Part shown: piece by piece, positions 51,641 through 63,990 of the stretch | Position numbering within the stretch: the first letter of the stretch is position 1 | How the letters are laid out: every line of letters starts with the position of its first letter | From: Octopus bimaculoides | Taxonomy: Eukaryota | Direction of reading: 5' to 3' | Assembly: GCF_001194135.2 (NCBI RefSeq) | Contig: NC_068986.1 | Location: 22,046,558-22,110,557, forward strand | DNA: 64,000 nucleotides | Translations under genes and position numbers: made by a program | Notes under the pieces: generated by a model | The model's database searches: none | What the model saw: the letters and a program-made list of their open reading frames with translations, nothing else | Told to the model about the DNA's origin: nothing

Positions 51641-54600
51641 CTCTCTTCCATCACTATCTCCATTCTATCATTCCTGCTTCCTCCTCCATACCACTCATGC
51701 TGTCATATTGAATCTCCTCACCAACAATCATCATATAGTTGCCTATAACTCTCTCTCTCTCTCTCTCTCTTCCTTCCTTTACTTTCCCCAAAGAACCCTC
51801 TTGCTCACATCACTCTGGTTTTCTTCCATCACTCTTCCCTATGTTATCCTTCCTCTTTCTCTGGTCTTCTTTTCATCATCATCATCATCGTTTAACATCC
51901 GCTTTCAGTGCTGGCATGGATTGGATGGTTTGACTGAAAATTGGTAAGCCGGGGGCTGCACCAGTTTCGAATCTGATCTGGCAAAGCTTCTACGGTTAGA
52001 TACCCTTTCTAATGCCAACCATTCTGAAAGTGAGTGCTTTTTACATGCCACTGGCACAGGTGCCATTGACCTGATACCGGCATCGGCCATGACTATGGTC
52101 TCATTTGGCTTGACAGGTCAACACAAGTATGGTATATTGCCAGAGTCTTGGTCACCTGTCACTGTCTCCTTGATGCCTAAAAACAAGACAACCCTCTGAT
52201 GCCGGTGAAGAAACAAACAGAGATAGAGGAAGGTAGAGAGGATTCTTTAGTGTTACTGTGAACAAGACAACCTTTCAAGTGCTGGTAACATTATAAAATG
52301 CCCTCAGGACAATGCAGACCTACCAAAAATGAAACATATGAGCAAGATGCAGTCCTTAACCTAGTTAGGAGGGCAAGTAAATCTGAATAAGAACTGACTT
52401 GATCTGTGATGAATTGTCCAACCCATGCCAGTATGGAGAAGTGAATGTAAAGAGAATCATGTGTGTGTGTGTATGAGTGTAAAACTGTATGCAGAGTGGT
52501 ACTCATTCACATCAAAAGGTAACAGTCTACAAAATAAGTACCAGACTGAGGTAAAAGTACAGAGGTTGATGTCATCAACTAAGACTCTTGAAGGTAGTAC
52601 TCTAGCAGATCACATTCCAATGACAAACCAGTAGAAAAAGTAATGCAAAAGACTTATCTCCATATCACAAAACTGAATTATTTCTAATTCTTTTCTCTTT
52701 TTCATAAAAAGCCTGAGCCTTTATCTGTATTATTAAACACAGCTTTGAATTTATATCATCGTTTAGTGAAAATGTCTTAAAAGTTGCAATATAGTCATAT
52801 ATATGTTATATTATTAGGCTGGAAGAGTACCAAATTTTTAGACTTGCAGAATTTAGTTTTGTATATTCTATGCTGTGTTCAAATCTAATTAGGATGAAGT
52901 ATTCTTTTCATCCCTTTGAGGTCAAGAAAATATGTGCCAATAATATATTGAGTATGATTACATTAAGTTCATTGATTTCTCTGGACCATGGAAGAATTTT
53001 GGTTTGGTACTATCACCTCCTCATCTCCTAGCATAAAGTTGCCCCCCTCAAGGTTCGTAGTCTTCCAAGCTGCATGGTAATCTCACTAATGCTGTTGGTA
53101 CAAAAAAAAAAAAAAAGGCACCCAGTACATACTGTAAAGTGGTTGGTGCTAGGAAGGACATCCAGCCATAGAAACCATGCCAAAACAGACACAGGAGCAT
53201 GATGCAGTCTTCGGGCCCATTGGATCCTGCTAAACCATTCAATCCATGCCAGCATGGATGTATGATGAAGATGATGACATATGGAAAATCTACCTAGGAG
53301 AGCAGTAGCTCCAGATGGAACCGACTTGGACCCATCCAAGGTGTACCTACATGGAAAGTGAATGTAAAAGGACGATGAAGATGATGATGGGCTGCGTACT
53401 GACATAGTATCCAACTTCAAGTTGCATGTATGGGAGAGAGGGAGGGGGAGGAAAAGAAAGAGAGAGGCTAAGGTAGTAAAAATGTGATGGAAACACAGTT
53501 GTCTTTGAAACTGGACCGAATAAACAAACTTATCCAACCACCAATAATGGGAACCAATCAAAAACGTAACAAATATAGACATGATTAAAACTGGCAGGAA
53601 GTATTTACCTCATGTCCCTGGCCATCTGTATTTATTTATTATTTTTTATTTTTTCAGTTGGAAACTTTGGCAGACAAAGACCACTGAAACAATCAGAAGA
53701 TACATGGATTGTGACCTAAACAACAAATGGCACAGTGTACTGACTAAGAGAGGGGGGGGGGACAGTTAACATCTCTCTGAAATCAAAACAGGCAAAGCTC
53801 AACATTACTCTCTTGATGTTTATACCATATAAAAGTGCATAAGGTTTAAATTACATACAGCATGCAAAGGTTATATCAGAACCATATGATACTTCTAAGT
53901 ATATTATAGTATCACACACACACACACACACTATATCCTTGATTTGTCATTTTGGTTAATGTCATATTATCACCATAAATGTATGTAAGCAATGAATTGG
54001 CTGAATGGTTAAGGCATCGGATGAAATGTCTTGTAGTGACAAATCCACCTTCTTGTGTTTTGTGTTCAAATCCCGCTAAAGTCAACTTTATCTTTTGTCC
54101 TTCCAGAAACAATAATTAACTCTCTGACATTTAAACCAGCTATATCCACCCAAAATACTCTACATGTTTTATGTTCGGACTGGCCAGATCTAGCTTTTCA
54201 CACCTGCCCTACAATATTATTCTGAAAATCAACAGTTACCTCATCAAAATGTCAAAACTACAAGATAATGCATGATTAATTCAAAGCAATGTAAATAAAT
54301 AAATGTTACTTTTGAGAGAATTATGCGAATGTTAAAGGGTTAAAATATCAATGCAGAAAAATGGTAGATAGGGAAAATTGTTAGTGCATTGAATAGGATG
54401 CCATGCTGTAGAGATGAAACATCGCATCACACATTGCCATTAGGTCAGACTCATACAATAAGGGAGAACAATTAAAGAGTTCAGAGAGGAACATATCATT
54501 TGAAAGTAATGAAAAGACTATTGTCAGAACCAACCAGTGACCTAAACTGAGTCTGGAGTGACTGAAGAAGTCTTTTGCACTAGGTGTCTATGTATATGTA

Positions 54601-56598
54601 ATGGTGAGACCAAGTGGGATCCAAAAGAAGTTTATGTGTTTCTGCTTTGTGGAGTTCAAGGCAAAATATGCAGCAAATGCAATGGTTTTATCTGCAGGAA
54701 TATCAACGATATCAATCTTGGGAAAGGAGTGGCACCTAACAGGTTTCTATGCAGTAAGTAGAAAATGTTAATCGTCCTTAATTATAAAATATCCAAGTAT
54801 TGTTGACCTACAACTTACACATCAAAGATTTGACATTTACTTAAGAATGTTATATAGTAGCTTAGATTAAAAGCATTGAATACATGATTTTTTGTTGTTG
54901 TTTTTAGCCTCCCCCTCACTCTCTCTCTCTTTCTCTTCTAAAATGTGAGTAGTCATGTAGCTTCTCTACACCAAGAAACCTGTTTTGCTCTAGCCTTTTT
55001 CTATCATACTTTATCCTTTTATCCTTCTCTTACTCCTTATTCTCCTAGCATAAAAACGTTCCATCTCCCCCTCTTGGGGTTCATGGTCTTGCAAGCTGCA
55101 TTGCAGCTTCACTAGTGCTGGTAGCACAAAAAAAAAGATGCACCCAGTACATGCTGTCAAGGGGTCAGTATTAGGAAGGACATTCAGCTGTAGAAACCAT
55201 ACCAGAACAGACAGTGGAGTGCAATGCAGTCACTGGGCTCATCAGATCCTTTCAAACTGTCTAACCCATGAACAGTAAATGATGATTTTTTTTACATAAA
55301 GCACTTTATTTTAAGAGGCAGTATCAACTGAATATATTGAAGGTAATGGAGAGAACTATGTCAGAATCAGTGTTTTGTTAGATTTTAAGTGATCGGAGAA
55401 GATTTTATACTATGCATCTACATGTCTGTTGTAGTGAGGAAACTATGATATGACAATAGCAGCATAGCCTATTTATTATGGGAGGGTTAAATCACAAGAT
55501 TATTTATTGATTCCCATGCAATACATAGTGAAGGAGAGTTGTTAATTTATGAGTAAAATATTTATAAAGTGTATTTTGACAGGTTGTGTAAGGTGTCCAT
55601 TCTGTGGCATAATGCTAACACAGTCACCAACAATGCAAGAGATACAAGGTTCAAGTTCAACTAGAGGTCCCATTCCTTCTCTGATTGAGATCAGTGATCG
55701 TAAATGTCCTATATCATATCATGCATTTGTGTGTCTGTGTGTGTATCAGTAAATCAACCAAGTTGTTAAAGTATTAGATAGATTGCCTTCTGGTACTTGT
55801 TACTGTTCTCTGTACTCTCAGGTTCAAATACTACCATGGTCAACTTTACTTTCCATCCTTTTGGAATCAATAAATTAAATACCAGTTTTGTATTGAAATA
55901 ATCCTGCTCAAGAAGTGCCACTGTTAGTTTTGGCCATGCACTCCTGTCATCCACAAGATAAAATCATCTGCAATCCAGTCACACTGGATCCCTTCCCAAT
56001 GAGGTGGACGGCTGAAAAAAATGCACAAGTTGGGATCAATCTGAATCTTAAATCAATATCTTGTCCTCACATGTATGGCATCCATCAGTAGGATCACTAT
56101 TGGTTGGCCGTGATCCCCCCCAAGCATGGTTAGTTTCTGTTTGAGATGCTGTGGATTCACTGACTGGAACCAGCTAAACCCATCCTGATGAACCTAACAT
56201 AAATACAAGCAAGTAAGAAACAGTGTTTACAGAAATTGAAGAGGAATGTCAATGTTTTTACCTTGCCAGTACAAAAGGGCCTAGAAAAACAATAGATGCT
56301 CCTGCTTGGAATAAATGAAAATAATGATTTCTGACAGAAGCTCAAAGGAAGGTATTGTTGACTATACTGACTCCAACACTTAATTGGAGTGATGAAAGGC
56401 AAAACTGATCCTGATGGGATTTGAGCTCAGAACACAAAGAGATGTAACTAAATAACACCTAGTATTTTGCCCAGTACTCTTTCAATTTTGCCAGCTTCCA
56501 TTATATAATAATTTTTTCTACTGTAGGAACAAGGTCCAAGATTTTTAGTGAGGGGGCTAATTGATTACATCAACATATTATCATGAAAGAAAGACCTG

Positions 56599-57049
56599 GG
56601 GAAGGCAGCCCTTCAAGGAGAAAGATACTCCGACATAAAACTTGCAGTCAAAATAGTATCGGTCATCTTAAAATGCTTGTCACTGGAACTGACCTGACTA
56701 TGGTGATCGAGAGAGAGACAAGAGTGTTGTACAAGCTTTTCTTTCTTAAATCTAATGACACACAGACATCCCACAATCATTTCATGTTGTGATCTGTTTT
56801 GTTTTTGCGAAGCCCTACAGCAGTGGATGCATGGCAAAATGTGAAAAGTAATATCAATAAACTTGCAAGGATGAAAGTAAATCAGAACAACCAGGTTGAA
56901 GGTGAGACAGGTATCATCTGACAAGAGGAGACAATCATCATGTTTACTGCATAGGTCATTCATTGTTGTGCATTAGTGAAAAAATGGATGGTAAAAATGA
57001 GATGTAACTAAAAGATCAAACTGGGAGACAGAATGATGATAAATTGACT
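56599..57049 (+). repeat. Copy 1 of a 450-bp near-identical duplication of a decayed RTE-like LINE 3' fragment
   Basis: Matches 58997-59448 with about 3 C/T differences and one 1-bp indel seen by eye. Confidence 0.9.
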
Positions 57050-57079
57050 TATTAAAGGAATTAAGTTTTTATATGACTG

Positions 57080-57430
57080 GTACTTTATCAATCTGAAGGG
57101 ATGAAAGATAAAGTTGACCTCAGTGGAATTTGAGCTCAGAAAATAAAGACGGATGAAATGCCACTAAGCATTTTATCCAGCATGCTAATAAGTCTGCCAT
57201 CTTGCCACCTAAATAACAATAATAATAATTCTTTCTACTATAGGCACAAGGCCTGAAATTCTGGGGGAGGGGGAAAGTTGTTACATCGACCCTAATGCAT
57301 AACTGGTACTTACTTCATCAAGACTGAAAGGCAAAGTCAACCTTGATGGAATTTGAATTTAGAACGTAAGGACAGACGAAATGCCATTAAGCATTTTGCC
57401 CATTGTCCTAACAATTCTGCCAGCTTGCCA
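57080..57430 (-). mobile_element. Two tandem SINE family B copies
   Basis: The family B core is present twice. Confidence 0.8.
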
Positions 57431-57445
57431 TCTAAATGATAATAA

Positions 57446-57898
57446 GCACGAAAGCAAGCAAGTGTGCCTAATAATCAATGTGGCAGTGCTAAGAGATTAA
57501 CATATTATCATGAAAGAAAGATAGAAGGTCGACAAATATGGTGACCTGAAAGTTGAGATTGCCAAGATGTAGCAGCTGTGAGAGTCAAACATAATGGTTG
57601 TTCCTGTTGTCATCGGAGTATTGGGTTTAATACCACCCAACCTGAAGAAACATCTGGACATTTTAGACAAAAACCCCTACCTTGATGTATTGTAAAAATC
57701 AGCCTTACTTGGAACTGAATGCATGCTGTGTAAAGTTCTGTCTGACTGAGGTCCTTGTTGTGACTTGACGGACAGTACACACAATATCTTCAATCTACGT
57801 CACAATATTGGATGACATCTTAAATACTGCTGCTGCTACTACTACTACTACTACCACTAATAATAATAATAATAATAATAATGATAATAATAATAATA

Positions 57899-57930
<32 letters not shown>
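57446..57930 (+). mobile_element. 3' end of an R4/Dong-like non-LTR retrotransposon (restriction-like endonuclease C-terminus) with a CTA/TAA-repeat tail
   Basis: One frame reads CLIINVAVLRD*HIIMKER*KVDKYGDLKVEIAKM*QL*ESNIMVVPVVIGVLGLIPPNLKKHLDIL...*KSALLGTECMLCKVL, matching the RLE pattern LIID.AVP.D...KE.EK..KY..L..EI...VPVVIGALG. It has several in-frame stops. Confidence 0.8.
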
Positions 57931-58996
57931 GCAACTTTAATACATATTTGTAGGTGCTTAACCCAAGTCAATCTCATTCTACAAGACATGATCAAAGACA
58001 TTCCACCATAACCATCCTGTCTTTTTATGGTTGTATAGAACTACAATACTCAATGTGTTCTTTTCAAGCAGTAGGATGTGATTTGAGATTTGACTGCCAT
58101 TTCAAGAAGCTTTGACAACCACTTAAAGGCTCCATTGTTAGTTCATTTTATGTGTAGTCAGTTAGATTGCTGTGAAAAGCTGAAACAGGAAAGGGGGCTA
58201 ACAATAGTGGGATATCTCTAAAATCTATTAACCTCAAAATAATTGTTATCTTTAGCATAATTGTTATATTTAGTATAAGAGATGAATAGATATACACTGA
58301 ATTGTATAGGTATTGCAATCAGAGGAGGTATGGCTGGATCTCAAATTAATTACTCACATCACATGCACTGAATATCAGGAACAGTCAAGGGCAAAAGTTC
58401 ATGGTCTGTTCTGATTGGTCAATAGAGGTTATGACACTTGACCTGAACAAGACTGGAGGTAGGGCATACTTGAAATTGTATCATGAGTGCAAAATGAACA
58501 GAAAAATATGTCGATTATGACAAAGAGATTTTCCTCATTTCAGTAGGATTGGCAGCAGGAAGGACATCACAGCATAAATTATCATTGCTCTTATAATTTT
58601 ATGAATGAATCAGGAAATTCAAAGGAAAATTATACCCAAGATGAGAACCAAGGAAAAACAAAAACGTCCACAATGAAATTTGTTACAAAAGAATTCGCTG
58701 AACATATAAATACAGGATGTTGTTGCTGTTAAACCACAGGTCAGCATTAATCAAACAAACCTATCATAAAAGGCATTTCAGTTTAGATTATCCCATCATT
58801 TTTCAAGTATTGTGTTCCCAATCCAAAGCCCTTTTTTTAAGACAGGAGTGAGTGACTGGAGATTTCAATACTATTTCTATCAATATAAAGGCCACACAGA
58901 ACCTCCCCTTATTGGCTCATACTATATGCTGTATACAGTATGCTGTATCCTGTATATAGTGTTCTATATACAAGGGTTATATTTAACAAAGACATA

Positions 58997-59448
58997 GGGA
59001 AGGCAGCCCTTCAAGGAGAAAGATACTCTGACATAAAACTTGCAGTCAAAATAGTATCGGTCATCTTAAAATGCTTGTCACTGGAACTGACCTGACTATG
59101 GTGATCGAGAGAGAGACAAGAGTGTTGTACAAGCTTTTCTTTCTTAAATCTAATGACACACAGACATCCCACAATCATTTCATGTCGTGATCTGTTTTGT
59201 TTTTGCGAAGCCCTACAGCAGTGGATGCATGGCAAAATGTGAAAAGTAATATCAATAAACTTGCAAGGATGAAAGTAAATCAGAACAACCAGGTTGAAGG
59301 TGAGACAGGTATCATCTGACAAGAGGAGACAATCATCATGTTTACTGCATAGGTCATTCATTGTTGTGCATTAGTGAAAAAAATGGATGGTAAAAATGAG
59401 ATGTAACTAAAAGATCAAACTGGGAGACAGAATGATGATAAACTGACT
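58997..59448 (+). repeat. Copy 2 of the 450-bp duplication
   Basis: See 56599-57049. Confidence 0.9.
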
Positions 59449-59609
59449 GATTAAACGAATTGGTTTTTATATCTAAAAATACAAAATTATTGCTGGTATA
59501 CCTATGTAATTAAAATCTATGATGTAATAATAAGATTCAACAAAGTTCTTTAACATTAGGACAATTATAGATTTGCATTTCATTGTTAATAATGAAGTTC
59601 AGGGCACTA

Positions 59610-60005
59610 TTACCTCTGTTGGCAACAAAGGACTTCTCTAATTAAAGTGAAAGGTAGATTGTATGATGCTTGTATACGAAGTGTGGTATTGCATAGGTGA
59701 TACAGGTCCACTGAATGTAAAATGGTGTGAAGGTTAGAAAGAAAGAGGCTGAAAATTTCTGCTGGATATGTAATTTTAACATGCATGAACGACAGAACAC
59801 ATATGAATTGAGAGGAAACGTTGAATATAAGACAAATCAGATAAAGTGTACAAGAAAGAAGACTACACTGGTGCAAACACGTGATGCATATGGAAGATGA
59901 TGGGTGAAGAAGCCTCAAGAAAACCAAGTGGAATGAGCCTGCAGAAATGGAAGGCCAAGAAAGATAAAAGAACTGGTGTGAAGGCTGATCTCAAGATACT
60001 GAGTT
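59610..60005 (+). mobile_element. Decayed RTE LINE RT C-terminal fragment
   Basis: Frameshifted translation includes KVKGRLYDACIRSVVLH...YELR...VQERRLHW..HVMHMEDD...GRPRK...ADLK. Confidence 0.7.
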
Positions 60006-62028
60006 AAAAATTAAAACCTTTATTTCTAATACAGAGAATGAACATTTAACCCTAATCCTATAGTAAATTTTTTGTGAAATTTTGGCACATTTAAACACAA
60101 TTCATTAAAAACAGTTTATTCTGGGTTTATTGATTGGGAATCTCAGCATGATGTGCACCACCTCTTTGACTATTCTAACTTCTCATTTTGGTTATTTGTC
60201 TGTAACAAAAACTTCATTCCAAATTGTACTGTAATTTCCAATCACAAATGTTCTATTATACTTTCATTTGATATTTTATATCAATATATCAAATCACATT
60301 TCTTTTCTCCTGAACTTATCAGATCATATCTCATTCTTCTTTATATATGTATATATCACATTTTATGGTTACAGGTTTGTCTGTGCAACTCTGTCAGAAC
60401 AAATATCACAAGAAACTTCGTTTGAAAGCCCCAGTTCATCCTTTCTCATCAATTTATTTTTATTCGTGGCCCCAACACTAATGAGATCACTGATCTCTAG
60501 TGAGATCACATGACTAAGTTGTCCACTCAGTCGATGAGGATCTTAGTTTTGCAACTTACATGGTTATTGCTGATGCAATGCAGAAAAGTACACAGTACAC
60601 TATATATATATATATAATGATTGGTATTAAGGAGAATATCCAGCCATAGAAACCATGCCGAAGCAGATATGGAGCACAATGCTCCAGTATCTGACCTCTG
60701 ACCTGTTTGATTCTGTCAACTTGCCCCAATTATGCCAGCACAGAAAACAGATGTTAAAACATGATGTCTTTGTGTGTGTACAGAGCAAACAACCACACAA
60801 CTTCTGCCTACCAAATTCTATTCCCAAAGTATTAGTCAATCTGAAATTATGGTAGGAGACACTTGCCCAAGGTAGCATGCCACAGAATAGAACCCAAGAC
60901 GATACTGTTGCAAAGTGAATTTATCAATAAGTTTCTTTGCAAATACACAGAATATTATGAATCCAGTACTTTCATACATCATACAGTTGTTTGCTGTGTT
61001 TTGTTCTACTGAAAAAACAATGGAGTATGTTGTTGTTTCAGAAAATTGATGTTATATATCTGCCTTATAATAAATCTAACAAGTTTCAGATGCTTTGAGA
61101 AGATCATGGACAGTCACTTCTTCCTGATAAATCTATCTCCATGAAATATATAAATAAAAAGAATGTCACTGGATTTTAGTTTTGTCCGTTAGTGGATACA
61201 AATTTCATACATTGTGGTGAATATTTGTTATTCAAGAATGTGTTCTGGAGGTGACAGATTTTTTTAAAGTCACTCTACTAAAGCATTAGTACATTTAAAA
61301 AATATTTTACCAGTAGCTCATCTAAAAAAAAAAAACTTTCAAATATATAAATAGTCTTTGAAGATTATTTAAAATTTAAATTTTGTTCAAGTTGCTACAG
61401 ATTTAACTCCTTATAATTAATATATATTATACTAATAAATGAATAAATAAATAACCCTAAAATAACATTGTGGCATCTTAACAGTCAAGTAGTGTACATT
61501 TAGCAATTCAACCAGGACTAGAAATCTCAAAAGGTTTTTTTTTTAAATCTTATTCATTTCTCTCCAAATCTAAGGCAATGCTGGGAAGCAAATATTGAAT
61601 CAATAATAATGATACGTTTTTTTTACGTTACTGAGTCAATAATAATACTTTTAAATGCTTATTGACAAAGCAAATTTTTCTCTTAAATTATCTTTAATTC
61701 AATTTTATCGAACTCAATAAATATCATAAGAGTCGACTTTGCCTTTCATCCTTCCAGAATCGATAAATTAAGTACCAGTTGCGTACTAGGATCGATCTAA
61801 TCGACTGGCCCCCTCGCCCAAAATTTCGGGCCTTGTGCCTGGAGTAGAAAAGAATAAATACCATAAGAAAGTTTTACAAAAATAACCATGATAAATTGGT
61901 TGAACCTTTTTCCTGTTCCCCGCCTACCACTTCCTGCTAATTTCAACTCGTGCATTTTTTTTTCTCTTCTCTGAGACACTGCAAGCCCACTTCTGGCTTT
62001 CTTTCTTTAACCCTAATTAATGTCTCAC

Positions 62029-62229
62029 CGTACAAAATAATTTTTGCAATCATTCTTTCTTCCACAGATCTGTACTCCTCTATAATTCCATTCCCTGACA
62101 ATGTATTCTTCCTAAAACACCGGGTTGCAGAAAGAAGTTCAAAATGAACACCATTAATACTACTAACCTCTCCCGACAACCCACCCCATTCCTCGTTGTA
62201 GCAGCATTTCAAAGGGAGGACTGCCTCCA
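62029..62229 (-). CDS. Candidate 5'-most coding exon (EAVLPLKCCYNEEWGGLSGEVSSINGVHFELLSATRCFRKNTLSGNGIIEEYRSVEERMIAKIILY)
   Basis: About 67 open codons, GC- and CpG-richer than the introns, with a strong phase-1 donor tacg|gtgaga. The start is unclear: the only in-frame ATG is at 62053 (MIAKIILY). Confidence 0.5.
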
Positions 62230-62319
62230 CTATTGCATTTTACGTTTCTTATACGAGAGTAAGACTATACTTGTTTTACAAAAGTTACCTGTCATAACTA
62301 TCAAATCAACTCAGAGACA

Positions 62320-62920
62320 GCCTCTTATGTAGTCACTTGAGCTGCGAGAAATAGCAGCCAGATAACATCGTATCGTCTTAAAAGAGTAAGAACAAATTAA
62401 ATAATATAGTCTTAGATGACGTTATGTCTGAAAATAAAATTAAAAACTGGATAGTCACGGTTGGAGTGTAGATCAGCTCAATCATGACTGACATAGGGCA
62501 AATCAAGATCACTTGTAATTCACTAATTGCTATATAAATTGACGATCTAACTCATGAAAAAAGATTAACTCCATTTTACAACTACAAGGCTCCCTATTTA
62601 AGAGAAACTCCTTACCCTATAATTTATATCAGAATAAAAAGTTAATTAGAAGTTATTTTAAGTATGTATCAATTAATATTCGAAAAAAATTCCTTTAAAA
62701 CAACAAAATTTTTTCATACTTAATATACTGTTTTGAGTTCGTCATGGACCAGCCTACGTATGATCAACAGTGTTCCTGTTGTAACCATCCGTTTTATTCA
62801 ACCATGGTGTTTCTAAGACTACACTATCCAATGTACTCATTTTTTAAAGGCATTTCAGAGAGATTTAGCTGCTATTTCCAGCAGATCGAGTGACCATAGA
62901 GAGGTCACTACTCGATCTAC
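62320..62920. mobile_element. Two opposite-orientation copies of another old dispersed repeat (motif gtcacttgac..gctagaaatagcagc); also at about 6720, 7925, 25440, 26170, 44945, 47900 and 57955
   Basis: Recurrent diverged motif seen at these positions; class not determined (SINE-like). Confidence 0.55.
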
Positions 62921-63956
62921 TGTTGTCAATAAAGATAAATTTAATGGTATCCAATAAAACATTTCCCTAAACAATAAGAAACCAAGTGATTCCTGATTTA
63001 ATAATTTGATGATAATGATAGTGATGATATTATTAGTCAGCAATGAGAGGAAAAAGGGGGCAGTATTCTGGCTTAATTGTGAGACGTTAGAATTTGATCA
63101 AGACTTTTTAAAGACTATTTGGTAAAATGTTCCTATTTATTATATTCGTTGCACATTAGCACCGATGTAAAAGAAAAAAAAACTGGGGGCAAAACGATTT
63201 CTTAGCAATAAAAGAACCAAAATGAAATCAAAGCGAAATTTTTTAAATATATACACCCACCCCTTTTCTGGTTGCCGATATATATAGATATAATAACTAA
63301 AGGTAGATATGATAGTTCCAAAAGTTATCTTAGCAATAAAAGTAATAAAATTTGAAGTGAATGTTTTATTTTGTTTTTTTTTTTCACTTAAGTCTTTCAA
63401 ACGATATTAAGAAAATTATTGGAAAGTTGTAAACAACCTTTAAAAATAATGATAAAGTTAAGAACCTTGGTCTGGTCCAGCATATCCCTTTATTAATAAT
63501 GTTTTTTTTAAGGTAATGAATGAATGAACGACTTCTTGGTTTACACAATGGTTTAAAAATATGCTATATAAAGCCAAAATAGCCAAACTGACCGAACAAA
63601 AAAAAATACATGTGAAAAATATAATAATAATGATGATGATGAATTTATTGTATACAGTGCTCAGGTGCACTACAACTCATCAGAAAAGGTAGCCGAAAGT
63701 GCATGTACAGTACATAGAATGCACAGAAAGTGAACAATGAATAAGTCCTTTTAAAAAATGGGGGAGGAGCACTAGGTATATTCAACATAAAATTAATGAC
63801 TGTATTAATTAAGTAATAAACTAAAACTCGTTCAAGTGTAAAAAATTTATATATACTTAGAATTATATATAGTAGGAATTGTTTCAATGGAAGAGACGAT
63901 TTTCTTCCAAATAATAAAGATAAATAAATACATCTCTAAAATCAGGCTTTTATAGT

Positions 63957-63990
<34 letters not shown>

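Noticed and set aside
54558-54761. Cys-rich 67-aa plus-strand ORF
   Set aside because: Spacing only loosely resembles transposase or LINE zinc knuckles and there is no splice support; probably TE debris.
55592-55672. tRNA-like sequence with degenerate A and B boxes
   Set aside because: Stems do not pair convincingly; more likely a decayed SINE head than a tRNA gene.
56613-59361. Two near-identical 116-aa minus-strand ORFs (MNDLCSKHDD...)
   Set aside because: They are antisense to a decayed LINE fragment and lack supporting splice sites; the identity reflects the duplication, not selection.
53656-62147. Plus-strand acceptor-led open stretches at about 53657, 60375 and 62068 (also 18677 and 49380-49451)
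   Set aside because: They do not chain in phase and most end in stops without donors, as expected by chance in AT-rich DNA.
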